Assembly (NCBI GenBank): GCA_002269645.1
Contig: NIVC01001175.1
Coordinates: 62,001 to 126,000 of the forward strand
DNA from: Macrostomum lignano
Taxonomy: Eukaryota
Length of the DNA: 64,000 nt
Direction: 5' to 3'
Shown: one piece after another, positions 46,850-59,879 of the stretch
Position numbering within the stretch: position 1 is the stretch's first letter
Layout: each line of letters opens with the position of its first letter
Notes under the pieces: generated by a model
What the model was told of the DNA's origin: nothing
Database searches by the model: none
Seen by the model: only the letters and a program-made list of their open reading frames with translations
Program-made: the position numbers and the translations under genes

Positions 46850-49800
46850 GGGGGATAATTGCAAACCTGACTGATGGATCATTGCAAACCTGACTGGGGG
46901 ATCATTGCAAACCTGACTGATGGATCATTGCAAACCTGACTGGGGGATCATTGCAAACCTGACTGGGGGATCATTGCAATCCTGACTGGGGGATCATTGC
47001 AAACCTGACTGGGGGATCATTGCAAACCTGACTGGTGGATCATTGCAAACCTGACTGGGGGATCATTGCAAACCTGACTGGGGGATAATTGCAAACCTGA
47101 CTGATGGATCATTGCAAACCTGACTGGGAGATCATTGCAAACCTGACTGGGGGATCATTGCAAACCTGACTGGGGGATCATTGCAAACCTGACTGGGGGA
47201 TCATTGCAAACCTGACTGGTGGATCATTGCAAACCTGACTGGGGGATCATTGCAAACCTGACTGGGGGATCATTGCAAACCTGACTGGGGGATCATTGCA
47301 AACCTGACTGGGGGATCATTGCAAACCTGACTGGGGGATCATTGCAAACCTGACTGGGGATCATTGCAAACCTGACTGGTGGATCATTGCAATCCTGACT
47401 GGGGGATCATTGCAAACCTGACTGGGGGATCATTGCAATCCTGACTGGGGGATTGTTGCAATCCTGACTGGGGGATCATTGCAAACCTGACTGGGGGGTC
47501 ATTGCAAACCTGACTGGGGGATCATTGCAAACCTGACTGATGGATCATTGCAAACCTGACTGGGGGATCATTGCAATCCTGACTGGGGGATCATTGCAAA
47601 CCTGACTGGGGGATCATTGCAAACCTGACTGGGGATCATTGCAAACCTGACTGGGGGATCATTGCAAACCTGACTGGTGGATCATTGCAAACCTGACTGG
47701 GGGATCATTGCAAACCTGACTGGGGGATCATTGCAAACCTGACTGGGGGATCATTGCAAACCTGACTGGGGGATCATTGCAAACCTGACTGGGGGATCAT
47801 TGCAAACCTGACTGGTGGATCATTGCAAACCTGACTGGGGGATCATTGCAAACCTGACTGGGGGATAATTGCAAACCTGACTGATGGATCATTGCAAACC
47901 TGACTGGGGGATCATTGCAAACCTGACTGGGGGATCATTGCAAACCTGACTGGGGGATCATTGCAAACCTGACTGGGGGATCATTGCAAACCTGACTGGT
48001 GGATCATTGCAAACCTGACTGGGGGATCATTGCAAACCTGACTGGGGGATCATTGCAAACCTGACTGGGGGATCATTGCAAACCTGACTGGGGGATCATT
48101 GCAAACCTGACTGGGGGATCATTGCAAACCTGACTGGTGGATCATTGCAAACCTGACTGGTGGATCATTGCAATCCTGACTGGGGGATCATTGCAAACCT
48201 GACTGGGGGATCATTGCAATCCTGACTGGGGGATTGTTGCAATCCTGACTGGGGGATCATTGCAAACCTGACTGGGGGGTCATTGCAAACCTGACTGGGG
48301 GATCATTGCAAACCTGACTGATGGATCATTGCAAACCTGACTGGGGGATCATTGCAATCCTGACTGGGGGATCATTGCAATCCTGACTGGGGGATCATTG
48401 CAATCCTGACTGGGGGATTGTTGCAATCCTGACTGGGGGATCATTGCAAACCTGACTGGGGGATCATTGCAAACCTGACTGGTGGATCATTGCAAACCTG
48501 ACTGGGGGATCATTGCAAACCTGACTGGGGGATCATTGCAATCCTGACTGGGGGATCATTGCAATCCTGACTGGGGGATTGTTGCAATCCTGACTGGGGG
48601 ATCATTGCAAACCTGACTGGGGGATCATTGCAATCCTGACTGGGGGATCATTGCAATCCTGACTGATGGATCATTGCAAACCTGACTGGGGGATCATTGC
48701 AAACCTGACTGGGGGATCATTGCAATCCTGACTGGGGGATCATTGCAATCCTGACTGATGGATCATTGCAAACCTGACTGGGGGATCATTGCAAACCTGA
48801 CTGGGGGATCATTGCAAACCTGACTGGGGGATCATTGCAAACCTGACTGGGGGATCATTGCAATCCTGACTGGGGGATTGTTGCAATCCTGACTGATGGA
48901 TCATTGCAAACCTGACTGGGGGATAATTGCAAACCTGACTGATGGATCATTGCAAACCTGACTGGGGGATCATTGCAAACCTGACTGGGGGATCATTGCA
49001 AACCTGACTGGGGGATCATTGCAATCCTGACTGGGGGATCATTGCAATCCTTACTGGGGGATTGTTGCAATCCTGACTGGGGGATCATTGCAAACCTGAC
49101 TGGGGGATCATTGCAAACCTGACTGGGGGATCATTGCAATCCTGACTGGGGGATCATTGCAAACCTGACTGGGGGATCATTGCAATCCTGACTGGGGGAT
49201 CATTGCAATCCTGACTGGGGGATCATTGCAATCCTGACTGGGGGATTGTTGCAATCCTGACTGGGGGATCATTGCAAACCTGACTGGGGGATCATTGCAA
49301 ACCTGACTGGTGGATCATTGCAAACCTGACTGGGGGATCATTGCAAACCTGACTGGGGGATCATTGCAATCCTGACTGGGGATCATTGCAATCCTGACTG
49401 GGGATTGTTGCAATCCTGACTGGGGGATCATTGCAAACCTGACTGGGGGATCATTGCAATCCTGACTGGGGATCATTGCAATCCTGACTGGGGGATCATT
49501 GCAATCCTGACTGGGGAATCATTGCAAACCTGACTGGGGGATCATTGCAATCCTGACTGGGGGATCATTGCAATCCTGACTGATGGATCATTGCAAACCT
49601 GACTGGGGGATCATTGCAAACCTGACTGGGGGATCATTGCAAACCTGACTGGGGGATCATTGCAAACCTGACTGGGGGATCATTGCAATCCTGACTGGGG
49701 GATCATTGCAATCCTGACTGGGGGATTGTTGCAATCCTGACTGATGGATCATTGCAAACCTGACTGGGGGATAATTGCAAACCTGACTGGGGGATCATTG

Positions 49801-52800
49801 CAAACCTGACTGGGGGATCATTGCAAACCTGACTGGGGGATCATTGCAAACCTGACTGGGGGATCATTGCAAACCTGACTGATGGATCATTGCAAACCTG
49901 ACTGGGGGATCATTGCAAACCTGACTGGGGGATCATTGCAAACCTGACTGGGGGATCATTGCAATCCTGACTGGGGGATCATTGCAATCCTGACTGAGGG
50001 ATTGTTGCAATCCTGACTGGGGGATCATTGCAAACCTGACTGGGGGATCATTGCAATCCTGACTGGGGGATCATTGCAATCCTGACTGGGGGATCATTGC
50101 AATCCTGACTGGGGGATCATTGCAAACCTGACTGGTGGATCATTGCAATCCTGACTGGGGGATCATTGCAATCCTGACTGGGGGATTGTTGCAATCCTGA
50201 CTGGGGGATCATTGCAAACCTGACTGGGGGATCATTGCAAACCTGACTGGGGGATCATTGCAATCCTGACTGGGGGATCATTGCAATCCTGACTGGGGGA
50301 TTGTTGCAATCCTGACTGGGGGATCATTGCAAACCTGACTGGGGGATCATTGCAATCCTGACTGGGGGATTGTTGCAATCCTGACTGGGGGATCATTGCA
50401 ATCCTGACTGGGGGATTGTTGCAAACCTGACTGGGGGATCATTGCAATCCTGACTGGGGATTGTTGCAATCCTGACTGGGGATCATTGCAATCCTGACTG
50501 GGGATTGTTGCAAACCTGACTGGGGGATCATTGCAATCCTGACTGGGGATTGTTGCAAACCTGACTGGGGGATCATTGCAATCCTGACTGGGGGATCATT
50601 GCAATCCTGACTGGGGGATCATTGCAATCCTGACTGGGGGATCATTGCAATCCTGACTGGGGGATCATTGCAAACCTGACTGGGGGATCATTGCAATCCT
50701 GACTGGGGGATCATTGCAATCCTGACTGGGGGATTGTTGCAAACCTGACTGGGGGATCATTGCAAACCTGACTGGGATCATTGCAAACCTGACTGGGATC
50801 ATTGCAAACCTGACTGGGATCATTGCAATCCTGACTGGGATCATTGCAATCCTGACTGGGATCATTGCAATCCTGACTGGGATCATTGCAATCCTGACTG
50901 GGATCATTGCAAACCTGACTGGGGGATCATTGCAAACCTGACTGGGGGATCATTGCAAACCTGACTGGGGGATCATTGCAAACCTGACTGGTGGATCATT
51001 GCAAACCTGACTGGTGGATCATTGCAATCCTGACTGGGGGATCATTGCAAACCTGACTGGGGGATCATTGCAATCCTGACTGGGGGATTGTTGCAATCCT
51101 GACTGGGGGATCATTGCAAACCTGACTGGGGGGTCATTGCAAACCTGACTGGGGGATCATTGCAAACCTGACTGATGGATCATTGCAAACCTGACTGGGG
51201 GATCATTGCAATCCTGACTGGGGGATCATTGCAATCCTGACTGGGGGATTGTTGCAATCCTGACTGGGGGATCATTGCAAACCTGACTGGGGGATCATTG
51301 CAAACCTGACTGGTGGATCATTGCAAACCTGACTGGGGGATCATTGCAAACCTGACTGGGGGATCATTGCAATCCTGACTGGGGGATCATTGCAATCCTG
51401 ACTGGGGATTTGCAATCCTGACTGGGGGATCATTGCAAACCTGACTGGGGGATCATTGCAATCCTGACTGGGGGATCATTGCAATCCTGACTGATGGATC
51501 ATTGCAAACCTGACTGGGGATCATTGCAAACCTGACTGGGGGATCATTGCAATCCTGACTGGGGGATCATTGCAATCCTGACTGGGATCATTGCAAACCT
51601 GACTGGGGATCATTGCAAACCTGACTGGGGGATCATTGCAAACCTGACTGGGGGATCATTGCAAACCTGACTGGGGGATCATTGCAATCCTGACTGGGGA
51701 TTTGCAATCCTGACTGATGGATCATTGCAAACCTGACTGGGGGATAATTGCAAACCTGACTGATGGATCATTGCAAACCTGACTGGGGGATCATTGCAAA
51801 CCTGACTGGGGGATCATTGCAAACCTGACTGGGGATCATTGCAATCCTGACTGGGGGATCATTGCAATCCTGACTGGGGATTGTGCAATCCTGACTGGGG
51901 ATCATTGCAAACCTGACTGGGGGATCATTGCAAACCTGACTGGGGGATCATTGCAATCCTGACTGGGGGATCATTGCAAACCTGACTGGGGGATCATTGC
52001 AATCCTGACTGGGGGATCATTGCAATCCTGACTGGGGGATCATTGCAATCCTGACTGGGGGATTGTTGCAATCCTGACTGGGGGATCATTGCAAACCTGA
52101 CTGGGGGATCATTGCAAACCTGACTGGGATCATTGCAAACCTGACTGGGGGATCATTGCAAACCTGACTGGGGGATCATTGCAATCCTGACTGGGGGATC
52201 ATTGCAATCCTGACTGGGGGATTGTTGCAATCCTGACTGGGGGATCATTGCAAACCTGACTGGGGGATCATTGCAATCCTGACTGGGGGATCATTGCAAT
52301 CCTGACTGGGGGATCATTGCAATCCTGACTGGGGGATCATTGCAAACCTGACTGGGGGATCATTGCAATCCTGACTGGGGGATCATTGCAATCCTGACTG
52401 GGATCATTGCAAACCTGACTGGGGGATCATTGCAAACCTGACTGGGGGATCATTGCAAACCTGACTGGGGATCATTGCAAACCTGACTGGGGGATCATTG
52501 CAATCCTGACTGGGGATCATTGCAATCCTGACTGGGGGATTTGCAATCCTGACTGATGGATCATTGCAAACCTGACTGGGGGATATTGCAAACCTGACTG
52601 ATGGATCATTGCAAACCTGACTGGGGGATCATTGCAAACCTGACTGGGGGATCATTGCAAACCTGACTGGGGGATCATTGCAAACCTGACTGATGGATCA
52701 TTGCAAACCTGACTGGGGGATCATTGCAAACCTGACTGGGGGATCATTGCAAACCTGACTGGGGGATCATTGCAATCCTGACTGGGGGATCATTGCAATC

Positions 52801-54637
52801 CTGACTGAGGGATTGTTGCAATCCTGACTGGGGATCATTGCAAACCTGACTGGGGATCATTGCAATCCTGACTGGGGGATCATTGCAATCCTGACTGGGG
52901 GATCATTGCAATCCTGACTGGGGGATCATTGCAAACCTGACTGGGGATCATTGCAATCCTGACTGGGGGATCATTGCAATCCTGACTGGGGGATTGTTGC
53001 AATCCTGACTGGGGGATCATTGCAAACCTGACTGGGGGATCATTGCAAACCTGACTGGGGGATCATTGCAATCCTGACTGGGGGATCATTGCAATCCTGA
53101 CTGGGGGATTGTTGCAATCCTGACTGGGGGATCATTGCAAACCTGACTGGGGGATCATTGCAATCCTGACTGGGGGATTGTTGCAATCCTGACTGGGGGA
53201 TCATTGCAATCCTGACTGGGGGATTGTTGCAAACCTGACTGGGGGATCATTGCAATCCTGACTGGGGGATTGTTGCAATCCTGACTGGGGGATCATTGCA
53301 ATCCTGACTGGTGGATTGTTGCAAACCTGACTGGGGGATCATTGCAATCCTGACTGGGGGATTGTTGCAAACCTGACTGGGGGATCATTGCAATCCTGAC
53401 TGGGGGATCATTGCAATCCTGACTGGGGGATCATTGCAATCCTGACTGGGGGATCATTGCAATCCTGACTGGGGGATTGTTGCAATCCTGACTGGGGGAT
53501 CATTGCAAACCTGACTGGGGGATCATTGCAATCCTGACTGGGGGATCATTGCAATCCTGACTGGGGGATTGTTGCAATCCTGACTGGGGGATCATTGCAA
53601 ACCTGACTGGGGGATCATTGCAATCCTGACTGGGGGATTGTTGCAATCCTGACTGGGGGATCATTGCAATCCTGACTGGGGGATTGTTGCAAACCTGACT
53701 GGGGGATCATTGCAATCCTGACTGGGGGATTGTTGCAATCCTGACTGGGGGATCATTGCAATCCTGACTGGTGGATTGTTGCAAACCTGACTGGGGGATC
53801 ATTGCAATCCTGACTGGGGGATTGTTGCAAACCTGACTGGGGGATCATTGCAATCCTGACTGGGGGATCATTGCAATCCTGACTGGGGGATCATTGCAAT
53901 CCTGACTGGGGGATCATTGCAATCCTGACTGGGGGATCATTGCAAACCTGACTGGGGGATCATTGCAATCCTGACTGGGGATCATTGCAATCCTGACTGG
54001 GATTGTTGCAAACCTGACTGGGGGATCATTGCAAACCTGACTGGGATCATTGCAATCCTGACTGGGATCATTGCAAACCTGACTGGGATCATTGCAATCC
54101 TGACTGGGATCATTGCAATCCTGACTGGGATCATTGCAATCCTGACTGGGATCATTGCAATCCTGACTGGGATCATTGCAAACCTGACTGGGATCATTGC
54201 AATCCTGACTGGGATCATTGCAATCCTGACTGGGATCATTGCAATCCTGACTGGGGGATCATTGCAATCCTGACTGGGGGATCATTGCAAACCTGACTGG
54301 GGGATCATTGCAATCCTGACTGGGGGATCATTGCAATCCTGACTGGGGGATTGTTGCAAACCTGACTGGGGGATCATTGCAAACCTGACTGGGATCATTG
54401 CAAACCTGACCGGGATCATTGCAAACCTGACTGGGATCATTGCAATCCTGACTGGGATCATTGCAATCCTGACTGGGATCATTGCAATCCTGACTGGGAT
54501 CATTGCAATCCTGACTGGGATCATTGCAATCCTGACTGGGATCATTGCAATCCTGACTGGGATCATTGCAATCCTGACTGGGGATCATTGCAATCCTGAC
54601 TGGGGATTATTGCAAACCCGATTGGTGGATAATTGCT
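46850..54637. repeat. 23-nt satellite GGGGGATCATTGCAAACCTGACT (~340 units, 7.8 kb) with 21-nt GGG sub-arrays
   Basis: Period 23; 21-nt variants at ~50770-50910 and ~53990-54560. Confidence 0.98.
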
Positions 54638-54982
54638 AGATTCTTATAAACTGATTCTGCAATGTGGATTAGGCTAGCAATTTTATAAGTGGTCGAAAGT
54701 TTTTTTAAGTGTACTCGTGTACTTAAAACACCACGCTTATTGTTACCAGTGACACCATACTAATCGCTACCAGAATTTAAATAAATAAATTTTGCCCCCT
54801 TTCTTATCGGCCGTCCCGAAGGGGGCACTGGATTGCTAGTTAAGACTAGGTGCAACAGCATCTAATTAGTACTACGTCGGTATTTTTCGGGTGGGCATTA
54901 TTGCGACTTACCTTGGCTGGGCGCGTGAATGTGCACAATAATAATTAGCACGTTACATCACGCGTTATATCACGCTTACACA

Positions 54983-55030
54983 AATAAGTGTCATTCTTAA
55001 TTTATACAAAAATTAAGAATGACACTTATT
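54983..55030. other. Perfect 21-bp inverted repeat with 6-nt loop
   Basis: AATAAGTGTCATTCTTAATTT-ATACAA-AAATTAAGAATGACACTTATT. Confidence 0.9.
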
Positions 55031-55439
55031 GGATATGCAGGCAATGATGGAAGATGAAATAGTGAGCAGCTACCATCCAAGTCGCGAGAGCGGATGATTA
55101 GTCATGGTAACGGAGCTGATGTTCAGGAATGGAGTCATGGAGATGCTTCAGTTTCCCAGGCATCGCTACTACCAATAGCGTCACCATAATGACGATCATC
55201 TACTCCCACTATGTTGAAATTGTCAACGACTACGTGACTACTAAGTAAGTAGTAGTAAGCAGTAGTCGCACTACTACTAGAAGTAGCACGAAAAATTTTT
55301 TAAAAGCCAAAATTTTAAATGTCACGCATTCATACCCTACTTTTAGTAGTATCACGAAAACAGCGAATGACTATATTTCATTGTGCGGAGAACTTCTAAA
55401 TATGGTAAATATCAATCTGAAATCCAACTAAGTTTCACT

Positions 55440-56962
55440 TATACCAATCGGTAAGCCTTTGTCGAAGTCTTTGTTATTTAAGACTTCACAAAGCCTTCAA
55501 AGACTTCATACAGCCATTTCTGCTGTCATGGCGCTGTACCACGGCACGACGGCTGCTGTCTCAACACCGGACGGCCTATCGGATTTCTTCGAGACATCCT
55601 CCGGGGTGCTCCAGGGAGATACGCTAGCGCCGTTCCTATTTATTCTGGTGCTTGACTGGGTGCTGCGGACTGCTCTGCCTTCCAACGACGACGGCTTCCT
55701 GCTGCGGCGACGTGTGGGTCGACGCCAACCGGAGAGACGGCTCAGCGTGCTTGGCTACGCCGATGACCTCGCCCTGCTGTCCTCGACCGTCGAGGGCGCC
55801 CAACGACAGCTGGATAGGCTGGTTGCCGTTGCGGCGAGCGTCGGCCTGGTGGTCAACACGCAGAAGACCGTCGTGCTATGCGTGCCGGACGACACCGAGG
55901 CTGCAATCTGCTGCCGAGGCGCTGACGGACAGGCGAGTGAGCTTCCAAGATGTCAGCAGTTCGTCTACCTCGGCGGTCTGGTTCCCGACGTTCGCGAGGA
56001 TCTGCGGCGTCGCCGAGGACTTGCTTGGGCTGCCTTTCGTTCTATAAGGTCAGTTCTGCAGTCCGAGGCCCTACCGGACCGCCAGAGGGCGGCGCTGTTC
56101 CAGGCGGTGATCGAAACCGTCCTGTTATACAACGCCGAGACCTGGACGCTGACAGACTCGCTCGAGGCTCAAGTCGACGCGGCGCACGCTGGCCTGCTGC
56201 GCGCCGCCTTCAAGATCGGCAACGAGCGAGTCACCAACACGGCGCTCTACCATCGCGCCGGCCTGGCCCGTCCTAGCGATCTGCTGCGCCGTCGGCGACT
56301 CCAGCTGGCAGGCCACGTCATCCGCGCCGAGGCCTACTGTCCGGAGCCGGTGCAGGAGGTGCTGCTACTTACGTTGCAGGCACCCTACCGGCGGGGACAA
56401 GCGAGGACACGGCGCTACGTCGACTGTCTGCTGGCTGACGCCGGCGCCCCGGACTCTGCCGGCGGTGCGGCCTTTGTTCGCGCCCAGGCTTCGAAGCGTG
56501 CCATCTGACGTTGCTTTTGTGATCCGGCAGCGTACTCTGTTGTTGTTGTTGTTGTTGTTATTTAATTTTTGAAAGCTGAGTTTATTGCCGGCCGTTATTG
56601 ATCCGTTCATTTCTATTGAGTTATTGAATTTGAGGTCTCCCTATTCCTAAGGGATTGGATAGGATCCACTGGACCGATTCCGATACTCAGACGAATTATT
56701 GATTTGAGTGATTTTGGAACTCTACAGTAACAGATAAAAGGGCACACACGACTCCGATTCCGTCATTTATAGAAGAAGACGCCCTTTCTGGAGTACCTCA
56801 TTACTGCTATAAAGTTGATTTTGTCATTAGGGCGCACCTCTGATTCTGATTACTGATCTCGAGGAATACATTTACGTTGACGGATTAAATTTTTACGTCA
56901 CTCAAGTGCTCGGAAGAGGGAGTTTTCGAGTGACTGGATCACCACTCTTAAACTCTTCAACA
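55440..56962 (-). mobile_element. Unclassified dispersed repeat, copy 2, split by the RTE insertion
   Basis: Both flanks of the RTE match consecutive parts of 38453-39020 in inverted orientation. Confidence 0.65.
55481..56554 (+). mobile_element. 5'-truncated RTE-clade LINE (RT and C-terminus, ORF to 56508)
   Basis: GVLQGDTLAPFLF, GYADDL, FVYLGG, ETVLLYNAETWTL, LQLAGHVIR; (TTG)n tail; TSD TTGTTATTTAA at 55470-55480 and 56555-56565. Confidence 0.9.
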
Positions 56963-57580
56963 TATTAGGCTTCAGTAGTACAATTTAAGAAATTAGTCAC
57001 TCTCTGTTATGGCACTGACGGCTATTAGTGCATTATATTATTGTAAGAGATGTCCCATATAGACATGCTGAAAATTTACAAGCGCATTAGAGAGCCAAGA
57101 GCTCATATTGAGTTTCGAACTCGCAGTTTAGTTTGCGTCACAACTTCAAATCGGTTCATCCCTACCCCTAGTCTTTCCTTTGCTTCTCTGGCAAGCACTG
57201 ACAAGAGTATGATGCCTTGCAGTAGTTTCTTTTCACGATACTATTTTTAGTAGTCCCTGGCTGGTCTACCATAGATTTTTCATACCATATTGCTTCTAAA
57301 TGGTTGCCAATCGCAACAGTACAGGCCCGAACATTCAGTATTGAAGGGGGAGGACAGAGTGAGTAGTTTAAGGTATGAATATTCTCTGAAGTTCCAGCCC
57401 GCTATCTATAACTAATTTTAGCGATATTCCCATCCTAATGTCAGGTTCAGTTACTTTAATATAGAGTCAGAACCAGATATGATTTTCTTATTAAATTTAA
57501 AAAAATTAAACTATTGATATTTTTCTTTTCCCGTTTGACTATCCGATATCACTCGTAAAATTTGCTTCAGGCCTGCCGTG

Positions 57581-57978
57581 CAATTCACTCCGAATCTCTC
57601 CTGGCATTCACTCCGAATCTCTCCTGACATTCACTCCAAATCTCTCCTGACATTCACTCCGAATCTCTCCTGACATTCACTCAGAATCTCTCCTGACATT
57701 CACTCCGAATTTCTCCTGACATTCACTCCGAATCTCTCCTGACATTCACTCCAAATCTCTCCTGACATTCACTCCGAATCTCTCCTGACATTCACTCAGA
57801 ATCTCTCCTGACATTCACTCCGAATTTCTCCTGACATTCACTCCGAATCTCTCCTGACATTCACTCCAAATCTCTCCTGGCATTCACTCCGAATCTCTCC
57901 TGACATTCACTCCGAATCTCTCCTGACATTCACTCCGAATCTCTCCTGGCATTCACTCCGAATCTCTCCTGACATTCA
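57581..57978 (-). repeat. 23-nt minisatellite, reverse complement of the 26768-28690 family (~17 units)
   Basis: CATTCACTCCGAATCTCTCCTGA is the reverse complement of TCAGGAGAGATTCGGAGTGAATG. Confidence 0.97.
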
Positions 57979-58345
57979 GTGCACTAACTTTCTGCAATAA
58001 TTTACAATTGCTGAATTTTAAAAATAAGCAGAAACTTTGATAGTGTTTTTACGATTCAGAAAGTTTGTGTTGTACTTGGCTTTAAAGAAAACATATGAAT
58101 TTTCTTAAGTAGAAAATTTGCTTGTAACAGAATATAGGTGGGATAAATTTTGCCAGAATTTAATAAAATCAAATTACTTAAACCTAATCGTCAAACAAAC
58201 TTAAGGCTGCTAAGAAGTAAAAAGTTAAATAATTTGATTCGTGTAACAAAAGTAGATTTTGAGTATCAGGGAACGATATTAAAGTTTTTTGTAGAGTATT
58301 TCAATGTGTTTCATTCTCTCCAACTCTCCAGTTTTATTGCTGCTT

Positions 58346-58933
58346 TTAGAAGCTGCGCAGGGCGGCGGCCATCAGCAGCGGCATAGCCAGCGTCAGAGGA
58401 GCGGCAGCGCGAACAGCACCGAAGGCGGAGTTGCACTGGTCGGTGGTGCAGTTGGTGCAGGTGTAATAAGACGGGAAGATGCCAATGCAGGCGCCGCAGT
58501 CGCCAGTGTAGGCCTGAGAATGCGAGTGCGGTGAGAGCTCAGCTGCTTTGGATGGGGCCAAAAATTCTGAGACAGACTCAATCAGCTCATGCATTTACTA
58601 CTCACAGTACTGCTGAAATTGGCTTTATAGGTCGTAGGCGAATGGGTATGATATCGCACAATGCTTATCTTCTTGCAGGTGGTGACGGCGCTGCCGCACT
58701 CCACTACAGTGGGGGTGCCGCGGAGACCTTCAATGCCCTCATGGCCATATACCAGACAGCTGATGGCGTGTCCGACACCTGCGTGTGAGCAGTTTTAGCA
58801 GATGATATTCAAATTCAGTTTATTTTATTGGCAGTACAAGAAAACTGCGTATTTCACATGCTTCAGTCAGCTTACCAACTAAGGCGGCCAGGACGCTGAG
58901 TCCCAGGAGAATCGAGTTGGTCTTCTTCAGCAT
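58346..58933 (-). CDS. GPI-anchored 8-Cys Ly6/three-finger-like protein, copy 2; exons 58933-58876, 58778-58606, 58513-58346 (132 aa)
   Basis: MLKKTNSILLGLSVLAALVGVGHA-ISCLVYGHEGIEGLRGTPTVVECGSAVTTCKKISIVRYHTHSPTTYKANFSSTAYTGDCGACIGIFPSYYTCTNCTTDQCN-SAFGAVRAAAPLTLAMPLLMAAALRSF; canonical splice sites with the same phases as copy 1. Confidence 0.88.
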
Positions 58934-59785
58934 TTTGGTGGCGTATTCAGCAGTTTCTGTGGCAATGAGGCGACTATGAAGCGGAGTGTGAAACCTACAT
59001 AGATGACCCAGAATCCCTACAGCGGTGCGGCTTTTTATGTAGATTGAGAACCTGGGGTGGGGCGTCTGCAGGGGTGGCTGTTAGGGATAGAATCCCCGAA
59101 ATTTTTGCCCACCTGTGCAATGGTAGATTGTCCCGGCTATAGCTATCTAGAGGAGGGAAGATTTTGCGTCTATGGCAACTAGACTGACTCAGAGCCCGCT
59201 CTTAGCAACCAAAGGCATTCATCTAAGCCCCCCCCCCCGGCTCCCACCACCCACCTCAGCCTCAGCTGCAACTACGAGCAAGACAGATCCATAAAAACCT
59301 GCGGGTTTAAACTAACCAATTAGTTTGGTTTTATTGCTGGGACGACTTTATAAGATAATGCACTTAGAATCGAGTGAAGAACCTCCTGCAATGATCTAAG
59401 AAATCTTATCAGCTGCTGAAAAAACCTGAAAGTTTCGCTGTGCGGCTTGGTTTCAGATAGATAAATCTGAGAGATAGGGATATAGATAGGGAGATTGGGA
59501 GATTAGATAGATAGATAGATAGATATGCGATCAAACTGCCGGCCATGTTCTGGAGGTAGTCGCCTCACAGTCGAACGCACACCTTGGTACTGCTGGCCAT
59601 GTGGACGACTGTTTGGTTGTTGAGGTACTCTTGCTTGGCGGTGATGCGAGCTGTACCAGCTTCGGCTTTTGGTCGGCATAGGGAAACTGTGAGATTGCTT
59701 CACTGGTACCGGGAGAAGATAATGCAAAATGAAACCACGCACACAGTTGAAGCAAATTCACAATTTCTTTAATTCTAAGAAAAGA

Positions 59786-59822
59786 ACCGAATTTTCGACC
59801 TAAACAGGGTCTTCATCAGGGT
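59786..59822 (-). ncRNA. Minimal type I hammerhead ribozyme motif (Penelope/retrozyme-like)
   Basis: Minus strand ACC-CUGAUGA-A-GACC-CUGUUUA-GGUC-GAAA-AUUC|GGU: intact core, 4-bp stem II, palindromic AAUU stem III, 3-bp stem I, UUC cleavage triplet. Confidence 0.65.
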
Positions 59823-59879
59823 ATATTGTAAATAAAAAACTGTGAAAAAGGGCAAATTAAAACAGAGTTAAATATTTAC

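Noticed and set aside
15015-54637. 20-37-nt repeat arrays as possible CRISPR arrays
   Set aside because: Units abut directly with no unique spacers, there are no cas genes, and the context is eukaryotic.
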